Source: Candidatus Latescibacterota bacterium
Lineage (GTDB): Bacteria; Latescibacterota; UBA2968; GCA-2709665
DNA: 64,000 nt
Reading direction: 5' to 3'
NCBI GenBank assembly: GCA_965237675.1
Contig: OZ250150.1
Coordinates: forward strand, 4,512,001 to 4,576,000
Shown: positions 29,041-38,902 of the stretch, in pieces
Layout of the letters: each line of letters opens with the position of its first letter
Position numbering within the stretch: position 1 is the first letter of the stretch
Notes under the pieces: model-generated
Told to the model about the DNA's origin: nothing
Seen by the model: only the letters and a program-made list of their open reading frames with translations
Database searches by the model: none
Made by a program: the position numbers and the translations under genes

Positions 29041-30279
29041 CTAGTGACCCACGGACGCAGCGCCCTTTTCGCCGACCAGGTCGAATTCCTCGAACCTGGA
29101 CAGCCGGAACGGTTGAATCAGATCAGGCGTACGCCCACTGGCGATCAACTCCGCCATTGTCCGGCCGCAAATAGGGGACGCCTTGAATCCGTAGGTGCCC
29201 CAACCCACGTCCACAAGAAAACCCCGAACCGGCGTAAAACCCATAACCGGACTGTAGTCGGGCGTCATATCGCAAAGCCCCGCCCACTGGCGCAACACCT
29301 TCACCTTGCTCAAGAACGGGAACAACTCCAGCATGTGCCCGGCGATACTCTCCAGAAAGGACAGCGAAGATTCCATCGAATAGGACGTATATGGATCCAC
29401 GCTCGCCCCCATGACGAGTTCGCCCCGATCCGACTGGCTCACGTACACGTGCAGACTGCCCGACACAATGACGACGTCCAGAAAGGGCTTCAGGGGTTCG
29501 GTGACACACGCCTGCAACGGAAACGTGGTGAGGGGCAGAGGTACACCGGCCATTTCGGCGATAGTCGACCCCCAACCCGCCGTTGCGTTCAACACCGTTC
29601 CGGTCTTGATGTAACCCCCCGTTGTTTCCACGCCCACAACGCTTTCACCCCGCACGTCTATCCCGGTCACCGCGGTCTGCTGGTGAATATGCACCCCGCG
29701 CCGGTCGGACTGATGGGCGTAGCCCCACACGACGGCGTCGTGGCGGACGATACCACCCGGCGGATGGTAGAGCGCCGCCAGGATCGGGTAGCGGGGATGG
29801 TCGGTGATATCGATGCCCGGGCAGAGTTTCTCGATCGTTTCGGGCCATATCAACTCCGAATCCACCCCCTGAAGCTTATTCACCTCCGCCCGCCGGCGCA
29901 TCATGCGCACCGCCCCGTCGGTGTGCGCCAGCGTGAGGTGCCCGCGCTGGCTGAACATGACGTTGAAATCCAGTTCGGACGCCATCTGCTCGTACAGCCG
30001 GACGCTTTCGTCATAAAAGCGCACGCCTTCCGGGGTCAGATAGTTGCTACGGATAATCGCCGTATTCCGCCCGCTTCCGCCGGAACCGATATACCCTCTT
30101 TCGATGACCGCCACGTCGGTAATGCCGTGCTCGGCGGCCAGATAATATGCGCAGGCCAACCCATGGGCGCCCCCGCCGATAATCACGACATCGTAACAGT
30201 CCCTGGCGGGGTTGGACCGCCACATCCTGGGCAAAAGCCCGTTTCCTTTCAGCGCCTGTCGAATCAGCTTGAACGACAC
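29041..30279 (-). CDS. soxB: Sarcosine oxidase / NMG dehydrogenase beta subunit (MgdA-like), FAD-dependent
   Basis: YDVVIIGGGAHGL, GSGRNTAIIRSNY, FNVMFSQRG, RHDAVVWGYA, GWGTYGFKA; GTG start 30279. Confidence 0.92.
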   Translation of the reverse strand: MSFKLIRQALKGNGLLPRMWRSNPARDCYDVVIIGGGAHGLACAYYLAAEHGITDVAVIERGYIGSGGSGRNTAIIRSNYLTPEGVRFYDESVRLYEQMASELDFNVMFSQRGHLTLAHTDGAVRMMRRRAEVNKLQGVDSELIWPETIEKLCPGIDITDHPRYPILAALYHPPGGIVRHDAVVWGYAHQSDRRGVHIHQQTAVTGIDVRGESVVGVETTGGYIKTGTVLNATAGWGSTIAEMAGVPLPLTTFPLQACVTEPLKPFLDVVIVSGSLHVYVSQSDRGELVMGASVDPYTSYSMESSLSFLESIAGHMLELFPFLSKVKVLRQWAGLCDMTPDYSPVMGFTPVRGFLVDVGWGTYGFKASPICGRTMAELIASGRTPDLIQPFRLSRFEEFDLVGEKGAASVGH

Positions 30280-30328
30280 GATATTGTCCTTGCCACCACC
30301 GACGCGCAGCGCCGGACGACGCGGTCCG

Positions 30329-31675
30329 CTAACGCCAGCCGGGCCCGCCCCCCACGACACGGTTCGTGCCAACGAGGGGGAGATTGCAGATCATGGACGC
30401 CTCGGACGTAAGCGCGCGCATGTCTTCCGGCTCCAGATCGTGCACGTCCGCCTTTCCGCACGCCCGTGCCAGAATCTGGATTTCGGACGTCATCGCCTGG
30501 AGCAGGTTCGCCACCCTCTCCGCCGCTTCGTCCACGTGGAGACGCGCCATCAGATCTGGATCCTGCGTTGTGATGCCCACCGGACAGCGCCCGGTATGGC
30601 AGTGATGACAGCGATACGGTTCCGCGCCAAGTTCCTTGTAGTCGTCCACGTATATCGGCTTGTTGCAGTTCAACGCCATCAACGCCGCGGTGCCGATATA
30701 AATTGCATCGGCGCCCAGCGCCATGGCCTTGGCGGCGTCGACGCCATTCCGGATACCACCCGCGATGATCAGTTGCACGCGCCCGTACATGCCGATATTT
30801 TCCAGAGCCGCCCGTGCTTCACACACCGCCGCCAGCGTGGGAACGCCTGTGTGCTCCTGGCATATTTCCGCGGATGCGCCCGTACCTCCCTCCATACCGT
30901 CCACCACAACCACGTCGGCCCCCGCCTTGGCCGCCAGGCGGACGTCGTCGAATACCCGCGTGGCGCCCATCTTGACGAATACAGGGACCTTCCAGTCCGT
31001 TGCCTCGCGCAATTCCTCAATCTTGATGATCATATCGTCCGGACCCAGAAAGTCCGGATGCCGCGCCGGACTCCGCTGATCCACGCCGATGGGCAGATCC
31101 CGTTGCGACGCCACGTCACCGAGGACCTTGGCGCCCAGCAGCAGCCCGCCCGTACCGGGTTTCGCGCCCTGGCCGATGGTCAGCTCGATCCCGTCCGCCA
31201 CCCTGAGATCGTGTACGCTTATTCCATACCGTGACGGCAGCACCTCGTAAATCAGCGCCTTACTTTCCTCCCGCTCCGCCTTCAACATCCCCCCGTCGCC
31301 GGTCGTATTCGAGGACCCGACCATCTTGGCGCCCCTGGCAAGCGCCACCTTGGCGTTGTAGGACAGCGCGCCCCAGCTCATGCCGGTTATCATTATAGGC
31401 GTATCCAATACGATGGGCTCTTCCGCGAAGCGCCCGCCAAGAACCGTTTTGGCCGAACAGCGCTCTCGGTATCCCTCCAGCGGAATGCGCGTAAGCGTGC
31501 ACGGAATAAAGGTCAGATCGTCGAATGTAGGCCACCGCCGTTCCCGCAACGTGCCGAACCCCCGGATCCGGTAGCGTCCCAGTTCGGCCTTGACCTGGAT
31601 ATCCTCGATGACGGCAGGCGTGAACGTGCCGCTGGCCTGCGCCGGACGAAAACTACCGTTATAATCTTCGGCCAT
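30329..31675 (-). CDS. mgsC: FMN-binding glutamate synthase-like subunit, N-methylglutamate synthase C
   Basis: FDDL.F....R.PLEGYRE, MSWGALS, GQGAKPG.GG.L, RHPD..GPDD, DGM.GGTGA, C..C.TG.CPVGITTQ. Confidence 0.88.
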   Translation of the reverse strand: MAEDYNGSFRPAQASGTFTPAVIEDIQVKAELGRYRIRGFGTLRERRWPTFDDLTFIPCTLTRIPLEGYRERCSAKTVLGGRFAEEPIVLDTPIMITGMSWGALSYNAKVALARGAKMVGSSNTTGDGGMLKAEREESKALIYEVLPSRYGISVHDLRVADGIELTIGQGAKPGTGGLLLGAKVLGDVASQRDLPIGVDQRSPARHPDFLGPDDMIIKIEELREATDWKVPVFVKMGATRVFDDVRLAAKAGADVVVVDGMEGGTGASAEICQEHTGVPTLAAVCEARAALENIGMYGRVQLIIAGGIRNGVDAAKAMALGADAIYIGTAALMALNCNKPIYVDDYKELGAEPYRCHHCHTGRCPVGITTQDPDLMARLHVDEAAERVANLLQAMTSEIQILARACGKADVHDLEPEDMRALTSEASMICNLPLVGTNRVVGGGPGWR

Positions 31676-31754
31676 AAGTACCTTGTTCAGGTTGATATCA
31701 GATTGGGACGGGATCGGGACACCCGGATGGGCCGATGGATCCCGTCTCCTCGTC

Positions 31755-32450
31755 TTACAGCGCTTCGCGCCACACCGCGCGCTCGTCTTTATCGAAATTC
31801 CAGAGTTTACGCCCGGCCACGACCTTCCTGAACGCCGTTACGTCCGGGCATCTGCCCAGGTGTTCCTGTATGGATGCTTTCAAAAAAGCGAACTCGTTCT
31901 CGCTGGGCGTCTCGACCACAGCATCGTTGCCGAGTTCCGCGATGTCGCCACCCACAAAACAGACGGTCTCGTACATGGAATCGGCAAAGGCGTCACCGGT
32001 ATTGCCACAGACAATGATCCGGCCCCTCTGACCCATGAAACCAGCCATGTAACCGCAGTCACCGCCAACGACAATCAACCCACCCTTCATTGCGACACCC
32101 AACCGGGCGGAGGCATGCCCCCGTACCGCCACCGTCCCACCGCGAATGGACGCCGCCGTACCGTTGCCCGCGTTGCCGTGAACCATCACCTTCCCGCTCA
32201 TCATCGACTCCGCCAGGCCCCAACCCGCGCTGCCCTTTACCTCCACGGTCGCCCCGTCTATCATGCCGGCGCAATAGTATCCCACGCTGCCTTCCAGTGT
32301 GAGATGTACGGGATCCAGGAGCGCCACCCCGAGATTGTGGCGCGCGCCCGGGTCCAGAACCCTCACCTCACCCTCACCCGCGGCGACGAAGGCCTTGATC
32401 TCCCGGTTGATCTCCCGGGTCGTTTTTCCGTTGCACGTCAGTTGCGCCAT
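31755..32450 (-). CDS. mgsB: GXGXG protein, N-methylglutamate synthase B
   Basis: REINR, PGARHNLGV, GSVGYYCAGM, GWGLAE, MKGG, FMGQRG, DSMYE, KLWNF. Confidence 0.85.
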   Translation of the reverse strand: MAQLTCNGKTTREINREIKAFVAAGEGEVRVLDPGARHNLGVALLDPVHLTLEGSVGYYCAGMIDGATVEVKGSAGWGLAESMMSGKVMVHGNAGNGTAASIRGGTVAVRGHASARLGVAMKGGLIVVGGDCGYMAGFMGQRGRIIVCGNTGDAFADSMYETVCFVGGDIAELGNDAVVETPSENEFAFLKASIQEHLGRCPDVTAFRKVVAGRKLWNFDKDERAVWREAL

Positions 32451-33343
32451 AGCCGCATGTCATTTGCCCGGGCTTCAACCACGTCGTAGTCTCCATCGAG
32501 GGCCGAACGGAATGCGATCTCTTCCGTCGCCATCGCCGCGAAAGCGTCGGTTTCAGCAAAAAGAAGCGGCTTGAAGGCATACGGATCTCTCACGAATCCG
32601 ACGGCGTCGGACATGGCCACGAGATAGCTGAACGAACCGTCCAGATCCACCAGGGAAGCGGCCATTGCGTCCTCCAGAACCTTTCCGTCGGCCAACTGCC
32701 GGCGCAGGTACATCCCGATGATTTCCGAATCGTTCTCCGTGTAGAATCGCGCGCCCTCCTGCTCGTAGATGCGCCGCAACTTGTGGTAATTGGTAATGTG
32801 CCCGTTGTGAACGATGGCCAGATCCGGATGTCCGTGAGCCCAGAACGGCTGGGAATGGCTGAGATCGATCCGGGATTCGGTGGAAAGCCGGGTATGCCCG
32901 ATTCCGTGCGTCCCTTCAAAGCTGGACACCCGGTACGTGTTATCCAGATTGTCGGGCGATCCCACCTGCTTGACGATCTCAAGATGGCGCCCCATACTCA
33001 CCACCTCCACCCCCTCGCCGGCGGCTTCGATTGCCCGCTCGAGTTGATTCGCCTCACCCCCATAACCAACCACCAGCCGCAGGTACTCCGCCGTACGGGA
33101 CCAATCCGACACGGAACCCAACGTCTCCGTCCGGGCGACGATCTGCCGCGCCCTTTCTTCGTAGTCCCCGTCCTCACCCAGACTGACCCGCAGCACCAGG
33201 CGCCCGTTGTGCCCTTCGCCATAAAGCGCCACGCCGGCTGAATCCGGCCCCCGGCAATCCAGGGCCTTCAACATTTTCAATATGGTCTGGCCGAGCCCGG
33301 TGTTCTCCTCCCGCCGGTTCCAGAACCCTACGATTCCACACAC
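32438..33343 (-). CDS. mgsA: Class II glutamine amidotransferase, N-methylglutamate synthase A
   Basis: GTG start giving (M)CGIVG, RGPDSAG, GHTRLSTES, VHNG.ITNY, NDSE. Confidence 0.85.
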   Translation of the reverse strand: MCGIVGFWNRREENTGLGQTILKMLKALDCRGPDSAGVALYGEGHNGRLVLRVSLGEDGDYEERARQIVARTETLGSVSDWSRTAEYLRLVVGYGGEANQLERAIEAAGEGVEVVSMGRHLEIVKQVGSPDNLDNTYRVSSFEGTHGIGHTRLSTESRIDLSHSQPFWAHGHPDLAIVHNGHITNYHKLRRIYEQEGARFYTENDSEIIGMYLRRQLADGKVLEDAMAASLVDLDGSFSYLVAMSDAVGFVRDPYAFKPLLFAETDAFAAMATEEIAFRSALDGDYDVVEARANDMRLWRN

Positions 33344-33364
33344 TGATCCGCTCCCGAAAAACAC

Positions 33365-33401
33365 AAAAAAACCATACCCGACATCGGAGAAGCAGGTACG
33401 G
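33365..33401 (-). terminator. Putative intrinsic terminator (CCGTACCTG...CGGGTATGG followed by T7)
   Basis: 9-bp stem with G-U pairs and a T7 tract on the minus strand, downstream of the radical SAM gene. Confidence 0.45.
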
Positions 33402-33430
33402 ATGATCGCACCGCACAGAACAAAAGTCAA
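33402..33430 (-). promoter_or_regulatory. Putative sigma70 promoter of the mgs/sox operon (TTGACT-17-GATCAT, TGn extended -10)
   Basis: -35 at 33430-33425, -10 at 33407-33402, 17-bp spacer. Confidence 0.4.
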
Positions 33431-33525
33431 GCCAAAACCATATCCACCGCCGGACGCCGTGAGATCCAACCGAAATCGGATCCGGTCGACCTCATCCGTC
33501 CTCGCCGTCGCCCATTGCGTGTCGC

Positions 33526-34866
33526 CTATCGGGCGGCCCCGCAGCATCGCTTGAACTTCCTGCCGCTGCCGCACGGGCAGGGTTCGTTCCGGCCGGTGCT
33601 CCTTGTCCGGGCCGCCGTGCGCTCAGCCTCCTGCGCGCGCAAACGGTGCATCACGTTCGCCGCCGGCCGGCCGGCCGCAAGTTCCTTAGCCATCATCCGC
33701 ATGTACGGATCCACGTGCCCGAAGAACATTTTGTACCCCTTGCACAGATAGTTCAGGCCAGCCTCGCCGTCCGGCGTGTGGATAAACCTCTGTTTGGGGC
33801 AGCCTCCGTTGCACGCGAATCGGTAATCGCACGCCCTGCAGTAGGCCGGCAGGGTGTCCCGTTTGTCCGATCCGAATTTTTCCTGCAGGGGGCTGGCCAC
33901 CATCTCCCGGATGCTTTTCTCGCGCACGTTGCCCAGGTTGTACCGGGGATACACGAAGTGGTCGCAGGAATACAAATCTCCGTTGTGTTCGATGATCAGC
34001 GCCTTGCCGCACTTTTCCGCGAAAATACAGAGGCTGGCGTCCTGGCCCATCCAGCTTCCCAGCGCGATATCGAACATCTGGACGAAATAGCGGCCCACGT
34101 CCTGTTTGACCCATTCGTCGAAGACCGCGCAAAGGAATCGGCCGTATTGCGCCGAACCCACCGACCACTGCGAAACCTGGGCGCGCCCCTCGAACTCCGG
34201 CGCCACAAGCTGCAGGAGATCCTCACCGGGCGCTTCCGCGATCCGTTCCACAATCGGGATAAACTGCATGTACCGGCTCCCGATCGACTTCAGGAAGCGA
34301 TACACCTCCCTGGGGTAATCCGCGTTGTGGGCCTGCAACACCGTGAGGGTATTGAAATCCACGAGGTGTTTTTTCAGGATCTCCAGGCCCGCCATCACCC
34401 GGTCGAACGTGGGGCTCCCCCCCTTGTCCACCCGGTACCGGTCGTGCATCTCTCGCGGCCCGTCCACGGACAGCCCCACCAGAAACCGGTGTTCCGACAG
34501 AAACTCGCCCCATTCGTTATCAAGGAGAATCCCATTGGTCTGAAACGCGTTTGTGACGGTCTTTCCATTTGCATAACGCGCCTGGAGTTCCGTCGCCCTG
34601 CGGTAGAAATCCACGCCCATAAGCGTGGGTTCTCCGCCCTGCCACGCGAAATTCACCTCCGGGACATCCTGCGCTTCGATATAGTGGCGGACGTAGAGCT
34701 CCAGCGTCTCATCGTCCATTCGCCAGTTTTTGCCGGCGTCGGGGTACAGCTTTTCCTTCTCCAGGTAAAAGCAGTACTTACAGTCTATATTGCAGACCGC
34801 GCCCGAAGGCTTTGCCATCACGTGACTCGCCTCGGGCCGTTCAATGATTGTCTGTTCCATCGCCAT
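33526..34866 (-). CDS. Anaerobic sulfatase maturase (radical SAM/SPASM) with C-terminal SEC-C motif
   Basis: KP.G..CNIDCKYCFY, WQGGEP, QTNG, SVDGP, GD.YSCDHFV, C..C.....CNGGCPK, GRNEPCPCGSGRKFKRCCG. Confidence 0.95.
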   Translation of the reverse strand: MAMEQTIIERPEASHVMAKPSGAVCNIDCKYCFYLEKEKLYPDAGKNWRMDDETLELYVRHYIEAQDVPEVNFAWQGGEPTLMGVDFYRRATELQARYANGKTVTNAFQTNGILLDNEWGEFLSEHRFLVGLSVDGPREMHDRYRVDKGGSPTFDRVMAGLEILKKHLVDFNTLTVLQAHNADYPREVYRFLKSIGSRYMQFIPIVERIAEAPGEDLLQLVAPEFEGRAQVSQWSVGSAQYGRFLCAVFDEWVKQDVGRYFVQMFDIALGSWMGQDASLCIFAEKCGKALIIEHNGDLYSCDHFVYPRYNLGNVREKSIREMVASPLQEKFGSDKRDTLPAYCRACDYRFACNGGCPKQRFIHTPDGEAGLNYLCKGYKMFFGHVDPYMRMMAKELAAGRPAANVMHRLRAQEAERTAARTRSTGRNEPCPCGSGRKFKRCCGAAR

Positions 34867-34930
34867 TCGGACTATCCAGGCTAATTGGGACGTTGCAAAT
34901 TCCTCAACCGCTTCTGTTCAACAGCGGACG

Positions 34931-35791
34931 CTATTCCGCCTGCAGGGCGGCCGGATCGAACTTGCGCACGTGCGCGTCGCCGCCATCTACCGTGCCCTTC
35001 CACGCGTACGGGTCTTCTCCGGCCACCATCACGATGCCGCGGTAGTCGGCCAGCGCCATCCGTCCGTCGTCGGGGCGATGCCAGGGCAGCAGCGAGTAGG
35101 CATTCATATAGTGGTTCACCAGGACCCGCCGAAAACGGTCCGACCGGTTCTTGCGGGACCGGTGCAACAGGTAGCCGTTGAAAAAGACCACGGCCCCGGC
35201 CCGACACACCACGGGAATTTCCTCGCGGGCGTCAAAGCCGTAGGACTCCGGGGCAGAGTCGAACTCCTCGGGCCGGCCATGTGCGCGCTGGGAATACAGA
35301 TAGCCGTTCCGGTGGGAACCAGGCAGGACCCACATACAGCCATTCTCCACCGTCGCGTCGTCCAGGGCATACCAGGCGCCGGTGAGGCTGCGGTCACGCG
35401 TGGGAATATATACCTCGTCCTGATGCCAGGCCTGACCGGGGAACTTCGGCGGCTTGATGAACAACATGGACTGCATACACTTCACATCCGGCGCCACCAG
35501 CCGGGCAAGCGCCCTGGAGACCGCAGGATGCGCGAGGGCGTGTCTAATTATCGCACTGATGTTGTGCGGCTGGTGAATGCACAGATACCGGGAGAGCGCG
35601 GCCGTGTCTGACGTCTGTTTCGAAACTGGCTTCAAGTTTTCGCTTTTGTACTCTCCCCGGCAGAGCTTTACTGCATCCGCATGAATGGCCGCCAAATCCT
35701 TTTCTGACAACAGCCCCTCGACAACCAGAAACCCCTGCTCCCTGTAGGATTCCTCCTGCTCCCGTATTATTTCCATCGAAAATCCCCGCAT
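34931..35791 (-). CDS. PhyH family dioxygenase
   Basis: QSMLFIKPP, WHQDE, ENGCMWVLPGSH, FFNGYLLHRS..N. Confidence 0.9.
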   Translation of the reverse strand: MRGFSMEIIREQEESYREQGFLVVEGLLSEKDLAAIHADAVKLCRGEYKSENLKPVSKQTSDTAALSRYLCIHQPHNISAIIRHALAHPAVSRALARLVAPDVKCMQSMLFIKPPKFPGQAWHQDEVYIPTRDRSLTGAWYALDDATVENGCMWVLPGSHRNGYLYSQRAHGRPEEFDSAPESYGFDAREEIPVVCRAGAVVFFNGYLLHRSRKNRSDRFRRVLVNHYMNAYSLLPWHRPDDGRMALADYRGIVMVAGEDPYAWKGTVDGGDAHVRKFDPAALQAE

Positions 35792-35823
35792 GTACGACTT
35801 TCGCCATCGACTTATCGTAATGA

Positions 35824-35852
35824 AACATAAACGCGTCCCGCCCCGTTGTCAA
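35824..35852 (-). promoter_or_regulatory. Putative sigma70 promoter (TTGACA-17-TATGTT) upstream of the PhyH gene
   Basis: Consensus -35 at 35852-35847, -10 at 35829-35824. Confidence 0.55.
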
Positions 35853-35920
35853 TGCCGGTCGCCACCGTCCCGCCACGAACAAAATTGTCGTGGGAAAGCC
35901 GCGATCAATCCCCGGGCTCT

Positions 35921-37060
35921 CTAACCTGACTTTGCCGACTCTATGACGCGGTCGTACACGGCCTCCAGCCGCCTGCCCTGTCTAAGCATATCGTGGGCGG
36001 CTTCTACATGCGCCCTCCCCGCCCTGCCCATCTTCTCCCGCAATTGGCCGGACCGCAGCAGCGTATCCAGACCCTCCGCCAGCCCATCCACGTCTCGCTC
36101 CCTGAACAACAACGCGCACAGCCCGTCGGGCGCCACCGTCGGGATGTCCGCGTGGTGAGAGGAAACGATTGCCAGCCCGGAGGCCATCGCTTCAATCAAC
36201 GCCACCGGCGCCCCGCCTTCCGTATCGCCATCAGCGGCGGTCACGCTCGGATACAACAGCACGGAGGCCCGGCCCAGTTCCTCCAGGCACGCCTCGTGAG
36301 GCAGCATGCCCAGCAGGGCCACCCGGTCTCGGAGCCCGAGCCGCTGGATCTCCCGCTCCACCTCCGCGCGCAACACGCCGTCTCCTATGATGCGTACGTT
36401 CAGACCGGGATGCGAATCGAGAATTTTGTGGCAGGCCCTGAGCCCATATACGTGTCCCTTTTTCTCGCGGAAATTCGCGTACATAAGCACGACCGCCTGT
36501 GTTCTGCTTTCCGCTGGCGTATGGACAATTCTGTCGAGATCCACTCCCAGTCGATGCACGTGCACCTTTTCGGCCGGGCATCCGATCGACACCAGCGATT
36601 CGCCCATACGCGGACCCTCGACCAGAAACAGTTCACCCTCCTTGAAAAGCCGCTGAAAACGCCGGCGCCACAACCGCTGTCGCGGGAGCGCGGACGCATC
36701 CATCCCGTAAAAGGTGGTCGCCATCGGCACGCGCGCGCAACGCCGTGCCGCCAGGCAGAAAAACCCCTCCTGTCCGAAATGGGCATGGATGATCGCGGCG
36801 CCTTCCTCCCTGAGGACGCCCCCGTAGCCCACGTACGTTCCTCGTAATTTGCGTATCACCCGGTAGACCGACCGACGGAACGGGGGCAGATCTTCGCTCG
36901 AATAAAGCGTCCCAACCGGGAACACAGTCTCGTTCTGCCGTGCCTGCGTCAACACGACCGGTCGATAGCGCGTCAAACTGCGTATCTGGTCGTAACACCA
37001 GACCATTGTCAACGTCAGAAATGGATTCGCGCAGTGCGCCACCGTTGGCTTTTCGGGCAT
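35921..37060 (-). CDS. Glycosyltransferase family 4 (WcaL-like)
   Basis: IHAHFG, TFYG.D, EKKG, PSVTAADGDTEGGAPVALIEAMASG. Confidence 0.92.
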   Translation of the reverse strand: MPEKPTVAHCANPFLTLTMVWCYDQIRSLTRYRPVVLTQARQNETVFPVGTLYSSEDLPPFRRSVYRVIRKLRGTYVGYGGVLREEGAAIIHAHFGQEGFFCLAARRCARVPMATTFYGMDASALPRQRLWRRRFQRLFKEGELFLVEGPRMGESLVSIGCPAEKVHVHRLGVDLDRIVHTPAESRTQAVVLMYANFREKKGHVYGLRACHKILDSHPGLNVRIIGDGVLRAEVEREIQRLGLRDRVALLGMLPHEACLEELGRASVLLYPSVTAADGDTEGGAPVALIEAMASGLAIVSSHHADIPTVAPDGLCALLFRERDVDGLAEGLDTLLRSGQLREKMGRAGRAHVEAAHDMLRQGRRLEAVYDRVIESAKSG

Positions 37061-37216
37061 TCACAGCCCCTCTGAATCGGAATAACGCGGGTGCGGATTC
37101 ACTTCGCAATCGAATACGAGAACAGGCCATCCGATCGACAGACCCTGCGAATTCCCAGTCGCGCTCGCCGACCGGAAAGTTCGCCAGTGGCACGGGTTCC
37201 CGGTGTGACGAATCAC

Positions 37217-37245
37217 TTGACACCCCGAGCCGCATCGCATAATAT
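37217..37245 (+). promoter_or_regulatory. Putative sigma70 promoter (TTGACA-17-TAATAT) upstream of rhaB
   Basis: -35 at 37217-37222, -10 at 37240-37245; short palindrome GTGA-cgaa-TCAC immediately upstream. Confidence 0.55.
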
Positions 37246-37393
37246 CGCAAATGAAAGATCTCTGCACAAACAGGATGCCTGGATCAGTTTCGGCGCATGA
37301 ATCACCGATGCGTTCGAAATCCGCACCATAGAAAGTGGAATCAGGTACTCGTCCGCGTGCCTATCCGCCATTGCCGGCGCGGAAGGAGTTACA

Positions 37394-38863
37394 ATGCCTC
37401 AGACCTACCTCGCCTACGATCTCGGCGCGTCCAGCGGCCGGGCTGTCCTCGGTCGCTTCGACGGCAACAAAGTCGTGCTCGAGGAAATCCACCGCTTCTC
37501 AAACGGTCCCGTCGCAGTGGCGGGAAGCCTCTACTGGGACGCACTGCGGCTCTATGAGGAAATGCTCGCCGGACTTCGAAAATGCGTTCAGATCTCAGGT
37601 CCGGAACTCGCGGGCATCGGAATCGACACCTGGGGGGTGGATTTCGCACTCCTGGACGACGGCGGCGAACTCCTGGGGAATCCTCACTGTTACCGTGACC
37701 CTCGCGTCAAAGGAATGATGGAAAAAGCTTTCGGCCTTGTCGCCAGAGAGGAAATCTTCGAACAGACCGGCATGCAGTTCCTGGAAATCAACACGCTCTA
37801 TCAGCTATTGTCCATGGCAGAGAGGAATTCTCAGCAACTACGCGTGGCTCGCACGTTCCTGATGATGCCGGACCTGTTCAACTTCTGGCTGACCGGGCGC
37901 AAAGTCTGTGAGTTTTCGAACGCCACCACCACCCAGTTCTACAACCCGGGGACGGGCGGATGGGCAACCGGCCTGCTGAACCGGCTCAACATCCCGGTTG
38001 ACATGCTTCCCGAAATCGTCCCGCCGGGCACGTCTCTGGGTCCGCTTCGTCCGGAGATAGCGAGGGATGCCGGTATCCGGTCCGCCGACGTCATCGCGCC
38101 GGCCTGCCACGACACCGGTTCGGCGGTGGCGGCCGTTCCGTTCTCGGACGCCAACGCGGCGTACATCAGTTCCGGCACATGGGCGCTGCTCGGCGCGGAA
38201 CTGCCTGCCCCGACCGTCACACCCGAAGCCCTTCGCCACAACTTTACGAACGAGGGCGGCGCGTGCGGCACCTACCGCTTCCTCAAGAACATAACGGGGC
38301 TCTGGGTTGTTCAGGAATGCAAACGCATCTGGGAGAACGAGGGTCGCGCTTTTTCGTTCGCCGACCTCGTCCGGATGGCGGAAGCGGCTCCCGCATTGGC
38401 CTCGTTCATAGACCCCGACCATCCGGATTTCATGGCGCCCGGGGATATGCCGGCCCGCATTCGTGCGTACTGTAGACAGACCGGCCAAACCGAACCCGCC
38501 ACCGAAGGTGCCGTCATCCGGTGCGCCCTGGAGAGCCTCGCTCTCAAGTGCCGCCGCGTCCTGGAAGACCTCGAGTCGGTTCTGGATCGAAAGTTCGACA
38601 CCATCCACATCGTGGGCGGGGGCATTCGAAATGCCCTGCTGAACCAGTTGACATCCAGCGCGGCGGGGCGGCCTGTTGTCGCGGGTCCGGCCGAAGCCAC
38701 GGCATTGGGGAATATCCTCATGCAGGCTTACGCGCGGCGCGAAATCGACTCCCTCGGCGGTCTCCGGAAAGTCGTTCGCAATTCCACGGAAATCGTCATC
38801 TACGAGCCGGAAGAAAGCGACGCGTGGGAAGAAGCGTACGCCCGGTTTCGCCGGATGCCGTAA
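37394..38863 (+). CDS. rhaB: Rhamnulokinase (FGGY family)
   Basis: DLGASSGR, EIHRF.N, IGIDTWGVDF, YRD.R, NTLYQL, HDTGSAV, SSGTW, FTNEGG, FLKNITGLW; GGAG RBS. Confidence 0.92.
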   Translation: MPQTYLAYDLGASSGRAVLGRFDGNKVVLEEIHRFSNGPVAVAGSLYWDALRLYEEMLAGLRKCVQISGPELAGIGIDTWGVDFALLDDGGELLGNPHCYRDPRVKGMMEKAFGLVAREEIFEQTGMQFLEINTLYQLLSMAERNSQQLRVARTFLMMPDLFNFWLTGRKVCEFSNATTTQFYNPGTGGWATGLLNRLNIPVDMLPEIVPPGTSLGPLRPEIARDAGIRSADVIAPACHDTGSAVAAVPFSDANAAYISSGTWALLGAELPAPTVTPEALRHNFTNEGGACGTYRFLKNITGLWVVQECKRIWENEGRAFSFADLVRMAEAAPALASFIDPDHPDFMAPGDMPARIRAYCRQTGQTEPATEGAVIRCALESLALKCRRVLEDLESVLDRKFDTIHIVGGGIRNALLNQLTSSAAGRPVVAGPAEATALGNILMQAYARREIDSLGGLRKVVRNSTEIVIYEPEESDAWEEAYARFRRMP

Positions 38864-38892
38864 AACCCGACCCGCCTCGGCGGGACGGGTTT
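38863..38892. terminator. Bidirectional hairpin between convergent genes (AAACCCG-a-CCCGCC-tc-GGCGGG-a-CGGGTTT)
   Basis: 13-bp interrupted stem between the rhaB and uvrD stops. Confidence 0.65.
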
Positions 38893-38902
38893 GCGTTGGC
38901 CA

